A model generated the notes under the pieces. The model saw only the letters and a list, made by a program, of their open reading frames with translations, searched no databases and was not told the DNA's origin. From contig QCUR01000002.1 of the NCBI GenBank assembly GCA_003208875.1, positions 1 through 64,000 of the forward strand: a stretch of DNA of 64,000 nucleotides, read 5' to 3'. Positions 42,330 to 52,917 of the stretch are shown here, piece by piece. How positions within the stretch are numbered: the stretch's first letter is position 1; each line of letters opens with the position of its first letter. The stretch comes from Prochlorococcus sp. AG-679-M23 (GTDB lineage: Bacteria; Cyanobacteriota; Cyanobacteriia; PCC-6307; Cyanobiaceae). Made by a program: the position numbers and the translations under genes.

Positions 42330-43645
42330 TTCAACGAATCTATTAAAGGCAAAAGTTTCCACTTTAGTTCTTCTGTTTCATTTTGAGGATCAGAATCACT
42401 AACTATTCCGCAACCAGCAGATATATTAATTTGCTTATTTTTTACTACAAATGATCTTATTAGTATGTTGCTATCAAACTCGCCATTCCAGTCAACTTTT
42501 ATGAAGGATCCACAGTAAGGTCCTCTTCCATTTTTTTCTATTTCAAATAGCCTTTGGCATGAACGTAATTTTGGAGCCCCAGTTATTGAGCCTCCTGGCC
42601 AGCAAGCAATTAGTAAGTCAACCCAGCTTTTATCCTTTTTTAGTTTCCCTCTAATTACTGATGTAAGATGATGTACTTTCAAGTAACTCTCAAGTTTTAA
42701 TATTTCTGGAACCTCAATACTTCCTATTTCGCATACTTTGCTTAAATCGTTTCTTAAGAGGTCCACAATCATAATATTTTCAGCTCTATCTTTTTCGTTT
42801 GTTATCAAATCTATGGCATTTAATGCATCTTGATTTTTATCTTGGTGTCTGGATCTTGTGCCTTTGATAGGTCTTGATTCGACATATCCTTCTTTGTCTA
42901 TTTTCAAAAATCTTTCAGGTGAAGTTGATAACACTGATTCGTTGATTCCCTTTGAATTATTGATTATTATTCCTCCAAACGGGGCTTTCAATTTTCTTCT
43001 TATTTTTGAATATATGTTTAAAGAACTATAAGTTTCTAAAGCTTCAACCTCACATTGAGTTGTTAGATTCGCTTGAAAAATATCTCCTATAGATATTAAT
43101 TTCTTAACTTTTAAAATATTTGTTTGAAATTCGTTGGTTATTTCTTTTAAATTAATTTTTGAAAAATCAAATTTCAGATCATTTTTAATAGAATTTTTTT
43201 CTGTTTCAGCATTAATATTTAAAATTATTTTTTCAAATTTATTTATTTCAGTAGAACTAGTTCCCTCAAGAATTATTTCATTAGAAACTAGATTAAATTT
43301 AATAATTGGATCATAAGATGCAATCCACAAAGTTGATATTTCATTATTCTTCCATGGATTTTTTGGCTCGATATAAGCGCCCGCCTCAAAGTTTAACCAG
43401 CCCATCCAAAATCCTCTATCAATTTTTTTTAATTTAAAAAATGGATTATTATCAATATTCAAATTATTGATATCTCTAGAGCAAATAATTTCCTTTGGGT
43501 TGACTCCTAAAATAGACCATTCTCCATTATCTTTCCCATCACTATCTAACCAAGACAATCCATGGTCTCCAAATTTCAATGCAAAATGATTAGCTATTAA
43601 TTCTGGATCAAGCCACTTAGATAATTTTTTTGTCTTAATTCTCAT
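42326..43645 (-). CDS. pabB: Anthranilate synthase component I family, probable aminodeoxychorismate synthase PabB
   Basis: SPERF, PIKGT (PabB-type Lys), ENIMIVDLLRND and PGGSITGAPK. Confidence 0.85.
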   Translation of the reverse strand: MRIKTKKLSKWLDPELIANHFALKFGDHGLSWLDSDGKDNGEWSILGVNPKEIICSRDINNLNIDNNPFFKLKKIDRGFWMGWLNFEAGAYIEPKNPWKNNEISTLWIASYDPIIKFNLVSNEIILEGTSSTEINKFEKIILNINAETEKNSIKNDLKFDFSKINLKEITNEFQTNILKVKKLISIGDIFQANLTTQCEVEALETYSSLNIYSKIRRKLKAPFGGIIINNSKGINESVLSTSPERFLKIDKEGYVESRPIKGTRSRHQDKNQDALNAIDLITNEKDRAENIMIVDLLRNDLSKVCEIGSIEVPEILKLESYLKVHHLTSVIRGKLKKDKSWVDLLIACWPGGSITGAPKLRSCQRLFEIEKNGRGPYCGSFIKVDWNGEFDSNILIRSFVVKNKQINISAGCGIVSDSDPQNETEELKWKLLPLIDSLK

Positions 43646-44309
43646 TCTTTTTTATTTGCCATTTTTTGTAGGCTGTTTGTCTAATTCTGCAACTATCACA
43701 TTTTCCACAGGGTTCTAAATTTCCTGAATAACAACTCCATGTTTTTTCTAAAGGAACATTATTATCAAAAGCTAATTGAATAATATCTTCTTTATTTAGA
43801 TCGAGTAAAGGTGTCCAAAGTTTAATTGGATTTTCTTCTCTTCCACGCTTGTTAGCAAGATTAGCTAGTTCTTGAAACTTTTTTATGTAATCAGGTCTGC
43901 AATCAGGATAACCAGAATAATCTAGTGCATTAACTCCTAGGCCTATTAAATCAGCATTTATTGCTTCAGCGTAGCTTAACGCAACAGAAATAAAGATCGT
44001 ATTTCTTCCAGGCACATAGGTGTTTGGAATTGTATTTTGCTGTATGCCATCAATAGGTAAATCTTTTTTTATATCTGTAAGAGATGACCCGCCCCACAAA
44101 GATAAGTCAAGTTTTATTATTTTGAATTCCTCTATTTCAAAGTGATTGGCTATTGTGAATGCGGAATCTAATTCTTTTTTATGTCTTTGTCCGTAATCAA
44201 AAGATAAGCCAAATATTTTAGCTTTGGACGCTTTTGCTAAGCCTGTAACAGTTGAAGAATCTAAGCCTCCTGATAATAAAATTACTGCAGATTTATTTTT
44301 TAAATCCAT
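43635..44309 (-). CDS. queC: 7-cyano-7-deazaguanine synthase
   Basis: LLSGGLDS, YGQRH, TYVPGRN, YPDCR and CGKCDSC. Confidence 0.96.
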   Translation of the reverse strand: MDLKNKSAVILLSGGLDSSTVTGLAKASKAKIFGLSFDYGQRHKKELDSAFTIANHFEIEEFKIIKLDLSLWGGSSLTDIKKDLPIDGIQQNTIPNTYVPGRNTIFISVALSYAEAINADLIGLGVNALDYSGYPDCRPDYIKKFQELANLANKRGREENPIKLWTPLLDLNKEDIIQLAFDNNVPLEKTWSCYSGNLEPCGKCDSCRIRQTAYKKWQIKKNEN

Positions 44310-44314
44310 ATAAA

Positions 44315-44986
44315 TTATTTAATCTTTAAGTATTTATGTGTTTGAAGACTTAAGTTCCATTCAGGATTATTTTTAACAAAATCAATCGTAAGTGAAAACC
44401 CACTTGCGTTTTCCCAAGCGGGTTGTACATAATATTTTTTATCTAACTTATAAAAGTTGTCTTTTAATGATAAGTTCTGATATTTGTTTATTATTTCTTG
44501 CTTTATATCAATTGCAAAATCAATATCTTTTTTATCATTGATAATTATTTTTAATTCATTAAAGTTTTCCAAAAAATAAGTTCTGGGGGGTAAATGTCTT
44601 TTTGGAGATAAAGTAATCCAATCATAATTACCTGATATTTTGTTTACGCCACTTGTTTCAATATGAATCTTGATTGGGTTTTGATTCTTTTCAGAAGTTT
44701 CTTTATTTATAGCTTGGCAGAAATTATCTAAATTATGATGTAAGGGCTCACCACCAGTGATAACTAAAAAAGATGCGCCTTTTTTTCGAGCCTTTTTTAT
44801 TTCATCAATGATTTTTTTGATTGGTATTAAAGGGTATTTTTCTTTATCCCAAGAATGTTTAGTATCGCACCATGAGCATCCAACGCTACATCCAGCTAGT
44901 CTTATAAAAAAGGCACTTTGGCCTGTGTGAAAACCCTCTCCTTGTAATGAATGAAATTTTTCTACTAATGGTAAGAAATTTGTCAT
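44315..44986 (-). CDS. queE: 7-carboxy-7-deazaguanine synthase (radical SAM)
   Basis: SLQGEG, CSVGCSWCDT, ITGGEP and LSLQTHK; adjacent to queC. Confidence 0.93.
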   Translation of the reverse strand: MTNFLPLVEKFHSLQGEGFHTGQSAFFIRLAGCSVGCSWCDTKHSWDKEKYPLIPIKKIIDEIKKARKKGASFLVITGGEPLHHNLDNFCQAINKETSEKNQNPIKIHIETSGVNKISGNYDWITLSPKRHLPPRTYFLENFNELKIIINDKKDIDFAIDIKQEIINKYQNLSLKDNFYKLDKKYYVQPAWENASGFSLTIDFVKNNPEWNLSLQTHKYLKIK

Positions 44987-45013
44987 TATTTCATTCAATA
45001 AAAATAAATAATA

Positions 45014-46624
45014 TTAATTTGATTGCTCTAATTTTTCCTGCGATGCTTTGATCAACCCTTTAAATAATGGATGTGGCTTCCCTGGCCTTGATAAGAATTC
45101 AGGATGGTATTGGCATGCTAAAAAATATGGATGATCAACTAATTCAATTAATTCTACTAATCTTCCATCTGGTGATGTGCCACTGATTTTGTATCCAGAA
45201 TCTAAAAAACTTTGTTTGTAGTAATTATTAAATTCATATCTATGTCGATGCCTCTCATATATAACATCTTCGTTATACAACTCTTTACCAGTTGTATTTT
45301 TTTGAAGTCTACAAGGATAAACTCCCAATCTCATAGTCCCTCCAAGATCAATGATGTCTTCTTGTTCGGGTAATAAATGAATAACAGGGTTTTGGGAATC
45401 TGGATTCAATTCTGAGCTAGATGCATCAGGTAATTGGGCTAGATTTCTTGCCCATTCTATTACTGCGCATTGCATACCTAAACATAAACCTAGGAAAGGA
45501 ATCTTCTTTTCTCTTGCAAATTTTATTGCTTCAATTTTCCCATTCACTCCTCTATTTCCAAATCCTCCTGGAACTACAATTGCATCAACATCATTTAAAT
45601 ACTCTTCCGCTGATTTCTCTTCGATCATTTCAGCACTCACCCAATATAAATCTAATAAAGCTTTTTGTTCAATGCAAGCATGCCTTAATGCCTCCACTAC
45701 TGAAAGATATGCATCACCAAGTTCTATATATTTTCCAACTAAAGCAACTTTTATAGGGTTACCAGGATTTCTAAGATTATGAATTATTTTTTCCCAATTC
45801 TCTAAATCACATTCTTTATCTTCGAGTTCTAGACAATTTAAAGTCTGTTTACATAAACCTTCATTCTTTAATGAAAGAGGAACTGAATAAATACTATCAG
45901 CATCTAATGCTTCAATTACACAATTAAGATTAACTCCGCAGAAACCACTGAGTTTTCTTTTTAGCCCTTCATTAATTTCTTTATCACTTCTGCATACAAG
46001 TAAATCTGGTTGTATACCAATGGATCGTAACTCTTTAACAGAATGTTGAGTAGGTTTAGTTTTTATTTCACCAGATGTTTTGATATAAGGAAGTAAAGTT
46101 ACGTGAATATAAGCGACATCATTTTTATTAACATCATTTTTAAATTCTCTTATTGCCTCTAAAAATGGTAGAGATTCAATATCTCCAACTGTTCCACCAA
46201 TCTCAGTTATAACGATATCAGCATTGCTGTTAGCTGCTACTCTATGAATCCTCTCTCTTATTTCTCTTGTGATGTGAGGAATAACTTGAACTGTACCTCC
46301 GTTGTAACTTCCTCTTCTTTCTTTATTAATGACTGCTTGGTAAATGGATCCTGTAGTGACACTATTTAAACGAGTCATTGCAGTGTCAGTAAATCTTTCA
46401 TAGTGACCTAAATCTAAATCTGTTTCAGCTCCATCTTCGGTAACGAAAACTTCGCCATGTTGAAACGGGCTCATTGTTCCTGGGTCAACATTTAGATAGG
46501 GATCTAGTTTAAGTATTGAAACGCTATACCCTCTTGATTTTAATAATCTTCCTAAGCTTGCGGCAACAATACCTTTACCTATGCTAGAAACAACTCCTCC
46601 AGTAACAAAAACAAATTTTGACAT
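45014..46624 (-). CDS. pyrG: CTP synthase
   Basis: [29 protein letters not shown] and QYHPEF. Confidence 0.98.
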   Translation of the reverse strand: MSKFVFVTGGVVSSIGKGIVAASLGRLLKSRGYSVSILKLDPYLNVDPGTMSPFQHGEVFVTEDGAETDLDLGHYERFTDTAMTRLNSVTTGSIYQAVINKERRGSYNGGTVQVIPHITREIRERIHRVAANSNADIVITEIGGTVGDIESLPFLEAIREFKNDVNKNDVAYIHVTLLPYIKTSGEIKTKPTQHSVKELRSIGIQPDLLVCRSDKEINEGLKRKLSGFCGVNLNCVIEALDADSIYSVPLSLKNEGLCKQTLNCLELEDKECDLENWEKIIHNLRNPGNPIKVALVGKYIELGDAYLSVVEALRHACIEQKALLDLYWVSAEMIEEKSAEEYLNDVDAIVVPGGFGNRGVNGKIEAIKFAREKKIPFLGLCLGMQCAVIEWARNLAQLPDASSSELNPDSQNPVIHLLPEQEDIIDLGGTMRLGVYPCRLQKNTTGKELYNEDVIYERHRHRYEFNNYYKQSFLDSGYKISGTSPDGRLVELIELVDHPYFLACQYHPEFLSRPGKPHPLFKGLIKASQEKLEQSN

Positions 46625-46698
46625 GCAATATTTTTAATTAAGCACAACCTACTTATATTTTATTTAAACAAAAAATTTATTGATCATCCATAAATAGT

Positions 46699-48495
46699 TT
46701 ATTCATCAATTGTTATTTCAATATCTAATTCTTTTAATTGGGATTTGGAGACATTTGAAGGTGCATTTGTAAGAAGACATTTTGCTTGTTGATTTTTTGG
46801 AAAAGCGATTGTTTCCCTAATTGAATCTTCCCCCAAAATAAGCATTGTTATCCGATCTACCCCAAATGCTATTCCCCCATGAGGTGGAGCACCCATTTCG
46901 AGAGCTTCAATTAAAAAACCAAATTTTTCATTAATTTGATTATCTGTTAATCCAACTGTTCTAAGAACTTCTCTTTGCAATTCAGCTTGATGGATACGCA
47001 GAGAACCACCACCTAACTCTAATCCATTTAGTACCAAGTCATAAGCATGTGCTGTAGAGCTCTCTATTTTTTCTTTTAATTCTTTTGAATCTTCAAGCTT
47101 AATATTTTTAGGAGAACAAAACGGATGGTGTAAAGCTTCAAATCTTTTTTCTTCTTCATTCATTTCAAACATAGGGAAATCTGTGACCCATAAAAAGTTC
47201 CATTTATCCTTCTCTATTAGCTTTAAATCTTTTGCAATATATTGCCTGACTCTATCTAATGATTGATTTACAATTTGAGTATTTCCAGCCCCTAAAAGAA
47301 TTAAGTCCCCATCTTTTGCTTCTGTTATTTTTAAAATATTAGAGATATGATCTTTATTTAAATTATTTTTTATTGCCCCAATTGTTTCAAGTTCATCTCC
47401 TTTAACTCTTATGAAAGCTAAACCTCCAGCTCCTGCATCTTGGGCAACATTAAAAATATCTCCTCCAGGTTTGATTCGAACGTTACTAATACTTGTGTTG
47501 CCATTTTTAATAGTTATGGATTTTATTGCTCCGCCATTCTGAATTGCTTTAGTGAAAATGTTAAAACCAATATTGCCGAGTATCCCACCTAAATTTTTAA
47601 GTAACATTTCATATCTTGTATCTGGTCTGTCTGTTCCATAGTTGTCCATGGCCTCCTGCCAAGTCATTCTTGGAAACTCCTTATTGAAGTTTATATTTAG
47701 AACATTTTTCCATACATTCTTTATTAGTTTTTCATTAAAAGAAATGATTTCTTCTTCACTTATAAAACTCATTTCAATATCAAGCTGAGTAAATTCTGGT
47801 TGTCTATCAGCTCTTAGATCTTCATCACGGAAACATTTTGCGATTTGATAGTACTTGTCTAACCCTCCTACCATTAAAAGTTGTTTAAATAATTGTGGAG
47901 ATTGTGGTAAAGCAAAAAATTCACCGTTTGAAAGCCTAGCTGGAACTAAAAAATCTCTAGCTCCCTCTGGAGTCGATTTTGTCAGTAATGGTGTTTCGAC
48001 TTCTGTAAATCCAGAATTATCAAGATATTCTCTTACTGCTTTAATAATTTTATGCCTTGTTTTTAAATTTTTAAGTAATTTTCCTCTTCTTAAATCTAAA
48101 TATCTATATTTTAGTCTAAGCTCTTCTTTTGTATTTTCATAATCATGTACTGAGATAGGAAATGGTAAATTATTTTTTATTTGATTAAGAATTTGTAGAT
48201 CTTTCACTTTTAGTTCTAACTCTCCAGTGAGAATATTTTTATTTATCGAATCCTTTGGCCTTTCATTAACAATTCCATTAACCCTTATCACAGTTTCATT
48301 TCTTAGAATCTCAGCCTGTTTAAAAAGAGTCTCACCATCTTCAGGATTAATAGTAATTTGCATAAATCCACTATGATCACGCAAATCTATAAAAATTACT
48401 CCACCATGATCTCTTCTTCGATCAACCCATCCACATAAATTAACTACTTTCCCAATATCTGACTTATTGAGTTCTTCACAAATTTTGTTTCGCAT
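46699..48495 (-). CDS. aspS: Aspartate--tRNA ligase (non-discriminating type likely)
   Basis: RRDHGG (His typical of non-discriminating AspRS), [14 protein letters not shown] and [12 protein letters not shown]. Confidence 0.97.
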   Translation of the reverse strand: MRNKICEELNKSDIGKVVNLCGWVDRRRDHGGVIFIDLRDHSGFMQITINPEDGETLFKQAEILRNETVIRVNGIVNERPKDSINKNILTGELELKVKDLQILNQIKNNLPFPISVHDYENTKEELRLKYRYLDLRRGKLLKNLKTRHKIIKAVREYLDNSGFTEVETPLLTKSTPEGARDFLVPARLSNGEFFALPQSPQLFKQLLMVGGLDKYYQIAKCFRDEDLRADRQPEFTQLDIEMSFISEEEIISFNEKLIKNVWKNVLNINFNKEFPRMTWQEAMDNYGTDRPDTRYEMLLKNLGGILGNIGFNIFTKAIQNGGAIKSITIKNGNTSISNVRIKPGGDIFNVAQDAGAGGLAFIRVKGDELETIGAIKNNLNKDHISNILKITEAKDGDLILLGAGNTQIVNQSLDRVRQYIAKDLKLIEKDKWNFLWVTDFPMFEMNEEEKRFEALHHPFCSPKNIKLEDSKELKEKIESSTAHAYDLVLNGLELGGGSLRIHQAELQREVLRTVGLTDNQINEKFGFLIEALEMGAPPHGGIAFGVDRITMLILGEDSIRETIAFPKNQQAKCLLTNAPSNVSKSQLKELDIEITIDE

Positions 48496-48553
48496 CTAGA
48501 AATGACTTATTGAGCAATAATTAACAATAATAATTCTTCAAGGGTAAATTTAG

Positions 48554-49666
48554 TTAAATATCTTTTTTATAAAAAGCTCTTTTCGTTATGGTCCCTTTGA
48601 ATGTTTTACCTCTGATTGAAATTTCAACAACATTATTTAAAGTAGCGTAAGAATTTTGAATATAAGCAAAAGCTATTGCCTTTTGCTTAGTAGGGGACCA
48701 ACTACCGCTAGTTATAGTTCCAATATTTTCTCCATCTTTAAATACTTCGCATCCTTTTCTTCCAATAGCTCTCCCTTCAATATTTAGACCAACTAACTTT
48801 TTATTAATTCCAAATCTTGATTGTTTTTCAAGAAACTCTCTTCCAAAAAAGTTATGATTATTTTCTAAATGTACTAGCCAACCTAATCCTGCTTCATATG
48901 GTGTAGTTGTTTCATCTAAATCTTGTCCATATAAGTGCATTCCTGCTTCAAGTCTTAAGGTATCTCTAGCACCTAAACCACAAGGCTTAATATTTTTTGA
49001 AACTAAGAAATCCCATAAATTAATTGCTGCTTTTGCGGATAATAGGATTTCTAAACCGTTTTCACCTGTATAGCCTGTTTTCGAAAAGAAAATCTTTTCT
49101 TTGGATGAAATATGTTTAAAGATTTTATATTCACAACCAAAGTAAGGGATATGTGAAATCGATGATTTAATCCATTCTTCGAATAATTTAAAGGAATTTT
49201 TGCCTTGTAGTGCAAAGAGGACCTTATCTTTTTTAGCATTTGATATTGAAATATTATTGGTATTTAAATTATTTTTAATCCAAGAGAAATCAATTTGGTA
49301 TCTGCTCGCATTTACTATTAAAAAAATTTCTGAGATATCCTCTTCTTGTTGACCAAGGTCATAAATTATTAGGTCATCTATTATTCCTCCCTTTTCATTC
49401 AGCATTAATGTATAAAGCCCTTGTCCTTCTGAAAAGGAATATAAATTAGTAGGAAAAAATTTTTGAATATATTCTTTTGGGTTAATTCCTCTAAGAGAAA
49501 TTACACCCATGTGGGAAATATCAAAGAATCCTGCTGATGTTCTTACTGATTCATGTTCGTCTATTAATCCCGAAAAGGATATGGGCATTTCCCAACCTGC
49601 AAAATTTACTAATTTTGCATTTGACTCAATATATTTTGAATAAAGTGGACTTTTAAGCAAATCCAT
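48554..49666 (-). CDS. gcvT: Glycine cleavage system aminomethyltransferase T
   Basis: FAGWEMP, FDISHMG, TGYTGE and [13 protein letters not shown]. Confidence 0.96.
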   Translation of the reverse strand: MDLLKSPLYSKYIESNAKLVNFAGWEMPISFSGLIDEHESVRTSAGFFDISHMGVISLRGINPKEYIQKFFPTNLYSFSEGQGLYTLMLNEKGGIIDDLIIYDLGQQEEDISEIFLIVNASRYQIDFSWIKNNLNTNNISISNAKKDKVLFALQGKNSFKLFEEWIKSSISHIPYFGCEYKIFKHISSKEKIFFSKTGYTGENGLEILLSAKAAINLWDFLVSKNIKPCGLGARDTLRLEAGMHLYGQDLDETTTPYEAGLGWLVHLENNHNFFGREFLEKQSRFGINKKLVGLNIEGRAIGRKGCEVFKDGENIGTITSGSWSPTKQKAIAFAYIQNSYATLNNVVEISIRGKTFKGTITKRAFYKKDI

Positions 49667-49716
49667 GAAATATTTAATGAGTTATTTAGCTTCTCATACT
49701 CTAGTTTAGAAATTTT

Positions 49717-50601
49717 TTATTGCATATTTTGTACTGACATAATTAAGCTTCTCAGTACTTTTGCGGCAACTATACTACTAACTCCGCTATTATCAATTTC
49801 TGGAGATAATTCAACAATATCTGAAGCGACAATTCTAAATTCTTTTAGAGTTTCAAGAATCACTTCAAAGTCATTCCAAAAAAAACCTCCTGGTTCTGGA
49901 GTTCCCGTACCAGGTAATAAACTTGGATCAAACCAATCTAAATCTATTGTTAAATAGATTGGAGAATTAGAGTAAGGAAGAAGAGCTTTTTTAAATTCTT
50001 GAGCATTTCCTCCTGGCAAAAAATTTACTAATTGATTTTGTTGACTCATAAATTTAAACTCTGCTTTGGTGCCACTTCTTATTCCGACTTGCAAAATCTT
50101 TTTTTCAGGTAAGACATCTAAGCATCTTTGCATTGCACAGGCATGACTATGTTCATTCCCCATATATGAGGTTCTTAAATCTGCATGAGCATCTAGTTGA
50201 ATTAAAATCAGATCTGGATATTTATTTACTAACGCCTCAATAGCACCACTAGTAATAGAGTGCTCACCTCCAAGCATAATGGGAGTAAGCTTTCTACTCA
50301 TAATGAAATCTGTTGCTGATTTGACTGATTTAATGACAGATTTTGAGTCATTTTTATCTATTTCTAGTGAACCAAAATCAACATACTTAAAATCTTCTAA
50401 ATCTTTTCCTAATCTTGGACAAAATGTTTCTAAGCATGTACTTACTAGCCTTATGGCATTTGGACCAAATCGAGTTCCTGACTTATAAGAGCATGTACCA
50501 TCATAATTGACTCCAAATATTCCAATTGAACAATCATCGGGATTTCTTTTAGCCCCCATGAAAATTGCACTTTCGTTATCAAATAAATTTTTATTGACCA
50601 T
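49717..50601 (-). CDS. speB: Agmatinase (ureohydrolase)
   Basis: GGEHSIT, DAHAD, DLDWFDP and PGTGTPEPGG. Confidence 0.93.
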   Translation of the reverse strand: MVNKNLFDNESAIFMGAKRNPDDCSIGIFGVNYDGTCSYKSGTRFGPNAIRLVSTCLETFCPRLGKDLEDFKYVDFGSLEIDKNDSKSVIKSVKSATDFIMSRKLTPIMLGGEHSITSGAIEALVNKYPDLILIQLDAHADLRTSYMGNEHSHACAMQRCLDVLPEKKILQVGIRSGTKAEFKFMSQQNQLVNFLPGGNAQEFKKALLPYSNSPIYLTIDLDWFDPSLLPGTGTPEPGGFFWNDFEVILETLKEFRIVASDIVELSPEIDNSGVSSIVAAKVLRSLIMSVQNMQ

Positions 50602-50602
50602 T

Positions 50603-51454
50603 TTACGAATTGAGTTTTTTTACAATTTTATTTGGCATCATTTTGAATGCAGCATTTTGAAAATTTAAATTCCAAACATCACAATTATTTTCTATTTCCA
50701 TGACTTCTTTGTAATTGACTTTTGATAAATTTAATTCTTCATCTGAAGCGAATGTCCAACTCCAAATACCACTTGGATATATTGGCACAAATGAATACAT
50801 AGTTTCAGATAATTTGAATATTTTATTGAGTGATTTCAAAATATGTATATGAATATTTTCGAATGATTCAGGTGATTCGCTTTGAGTCGCTAATATTCCC
50901 TTTTTCGTGAGTATTCTTTTACATTCTTTATAAAAGGAATCTGTGAATAATAAATTAGAAAATTCTGATGGATCTGAACAATCTATAAAAATAACATCAT
51001 AAGAATTATCTTTAGTTTTTTCCACCCATTTAACTCCATCATCAATATGAATAGCTAATCTTTTATCACTCCACGCTCTACCTCCAATTTCTTTTAAAAA
51101 TGTTTTAGATACTTTGATGACTTCTTCATCAATTTCTACCAAATCAATTTTTGTAACTTGAGAGTATTTTAAGCATTCTCTTGCAGTTCCACCATCACCT
51201 CCTCCAATAATCAGTATGTGAGATTTCTGATCAATGCTACTTAACGCTGGATGGACTAGACATTCATGATAATATTTTTCGTCTCTCAATGACGTCATCC
51301 AACATCCATCTAACATTAAAGCTTTACCATAAAAATCAGTCTCTATAATGAGAATTTCTTGATATTTAGAATTTTTTTTAAGTAATACTTTCCCATTGAG
51401 TCCAAATCTTGAGCCTTTGTGGTACTCATCTATCCAAGTTGGCATATCTTTCAT
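50603..51454 (-). CDS. speE: Polyamine aminopropyltransferase (spermidine synthase family)
   Basis: LMLDG, YHECLVH, IIGGGDGG, VEID and DCSDP. Confidence 0.94.
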   Translation of the reverse strand: MKDMPTWIDEYHKGSRFGLNGKVLLKKNSKYQEILIIETDFYGKALMLDGCWMTSLRDEKYYHECLVHPALSSIDQKSHILIIGGGDGGTARECLKYSQVTKIDLVEIDEEVIKVSKTFLKEIGGRAWSDKRLAIHIDDGVKWVEKTKDNSYDVIFIDCSDPSEFSNLLFTDSFYKECKRILTKKGILATQSESPESFENIHIHILKSLNKIFKLSETMYSFVPIYPSGIWSWTFASDEELNLSKVNYKEVMEIENNCDVWNLNFQNAAFKMMPNKIVKKLNS

Positions 51455-52305
51455 TTTTTTTTCAATTTTTCTCTCATTAGTGTTTTTTTAGCAACTTCCC
51501 AAAGCCGCTGAAAATCTTTTGGGTTTTGTTTTCTAATATTATCTCCTACCTGATCTTCTATTATTGCAAATCTGTCTAAAAATTTTTTATTAGTTTTTTG
51601 AAGAGATGATTCTGGATTTATTTTTAGAAAGTTTGAAAGACTTATCAAAGTAAAGTAAACATCTCCAAATTCATCTTGGATTTCATGTGCCTTTTTGCTT
51701 TTTATTGCTTCTTTTAATTCACATATTTCTTCATCTAATTTATCAAAAATCTTTTTACTACTTTCCCATTTAAAACCGTATTCTTTAACAGTATTAGTAA
51801 TCTGGTTTGATCCTATAGTTGCAGGTAAACTTTTTACTTTTGAATTCAATTGTCTACTAATTGATGATTTCTTATAGAACGTCTTATTTTCAGAATTTTT
51901 AATATTTCTCCAAATTTCTTGTGACTTTTTTAATGATACTTTTTCTTTTTTTTTAAAAATATAGGGATGTCTATTAATAATTTTTTTATTTAAATTTTCA
52001 ATAACATCTTTTAATTCAAATTGTTTTTCTTCAAAGCCAATTTCCGAATGAAGCATTATTTGTAATAGGAGATCCCCTAATTCTTCACAAATATTATTCG
52101 CGTTTTTTTCATATATTGCATCAATCAATTCACTACTTTCTTCATTTAAAAATGGGATCAATGATTTGTGTGACTGTATTTTTTGCCATGGGCAGCCCCA
52201 CGTTTTATCTTTTAAATATTTAATATTTGATATTAAAATCTTGAAACTCTCTAAAGTGTTTTGATCACTATCTTTCTGATTGTTATATCCATTGTTTAAG
52301 TTCAT
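51451..52305 (-). CDS. mazG: Nucleoside triphosphate pyrophosphohydrolase MazG (two-domain)
   Basis: GCPW, EELGDLL, RHP and a second domain DEEICE...DEFGD. Confidence 0.9.
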   Translation of the reverse strand: MNLNNGYNNQKDSDQNTLESFKILISNIKYLKDKTWGCPWQKIQSHKSLIPFLNEESSELIDAIYEKNANNICEELGDLLLQIMLHSEIGFEEKQFELKDVIENLNKKIINRHPYIFKKKEKVSLKKSQEIWRNIKNSENKTFYKKSSISRQLNSKVKSLPATIGSNQITNTVKEYGFKWESSKKIFDKLDEEICELKEAIKSKKAHEIQDEFGDVYFTLISLSNFLKINPESSLQKTNKKFLDRFAIIEDQVGDNIRKQNPKDFQRLWEVAKKTLMREKLKKK

Positions 52306-52403
52306 AAAACTGTATCTTATTTATTCAATTTTGACTTAATCATGAAATTTTTAAAGACTAAGTATAAAATTTTCAACTTCATCTACTAGAATGGATAATT
52401 ATA

Positions 52404-52475
<72 letters not shown>

Positions 52476-52491
52476 TTTTCTTTTTATAACA

Positions 52492-52824
52492 ATGACTGAG
52501 ATCGTTAATCTTTCAATCAGTCAAACTGCAGCATCAGAGCTTTCAAGGCAAGCATCTTTTGGAGGATCGCCGGGGGAAATGTCCATTGCTTTAATTAGTG
52601 ATGAAGAAGGTTGGATGCATATTAAATTAAAACCAGGTACATTTAATGGATCTCCAATATCTAGAACCGAAGGTATAACTTTATATGCTGATTCTAAAAA
52701 GTTCTCCTTGTTAAAAGATTTAAAACTTGATTATTACAGTGATTTAAGTGGTGGAGGTTTTCTTATCTCAACTCCTAAAAATGCCAAGAGGTGTGCTTGC
52801 GGCTCTGGTTTTAAACTCTTGTAG
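52492..52824 (+). CDS. HesB/IscA-like Fe-S biogenesis-family protein (degenerate)
   Basis: ISQTAA start, LKLDY..DLSGGGF...PKNAKRCACGSGF C-terminal signature. Confidence 0.75.
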   Translation: MTEIVNLSISQTAASELSRQASFGGSPGEMSIALISDEEGWMHIKLKPGTFNGSPISRTEGITLYADSKKFSLLKDLKLDYYSDLSGGGFLISTPKNAKRCACGSGFKLL

Positions 52825-52917
52825 TTTTACATATATTTTGCAAACTGATATGTTTTTTAAATTATTTGCTTCTATCAATATAAAATAAATAAAAAGCTAA
52901 TGAAATAACTATTGCAA

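Noticed and set aside
43635..44986. queC/queE as part of a 7-deazaguanine DNA-modification or anti-phage system
   Set aside because: Canonical short proteins in a housekeeping run, with queG in the same window and no dpd or qat genes.
51451..52305. mazG as a toxin-antitoxin or phage-derived gene
   Set aside because: Two-domain host-type MazG with no mazEF or phage genes nearby.
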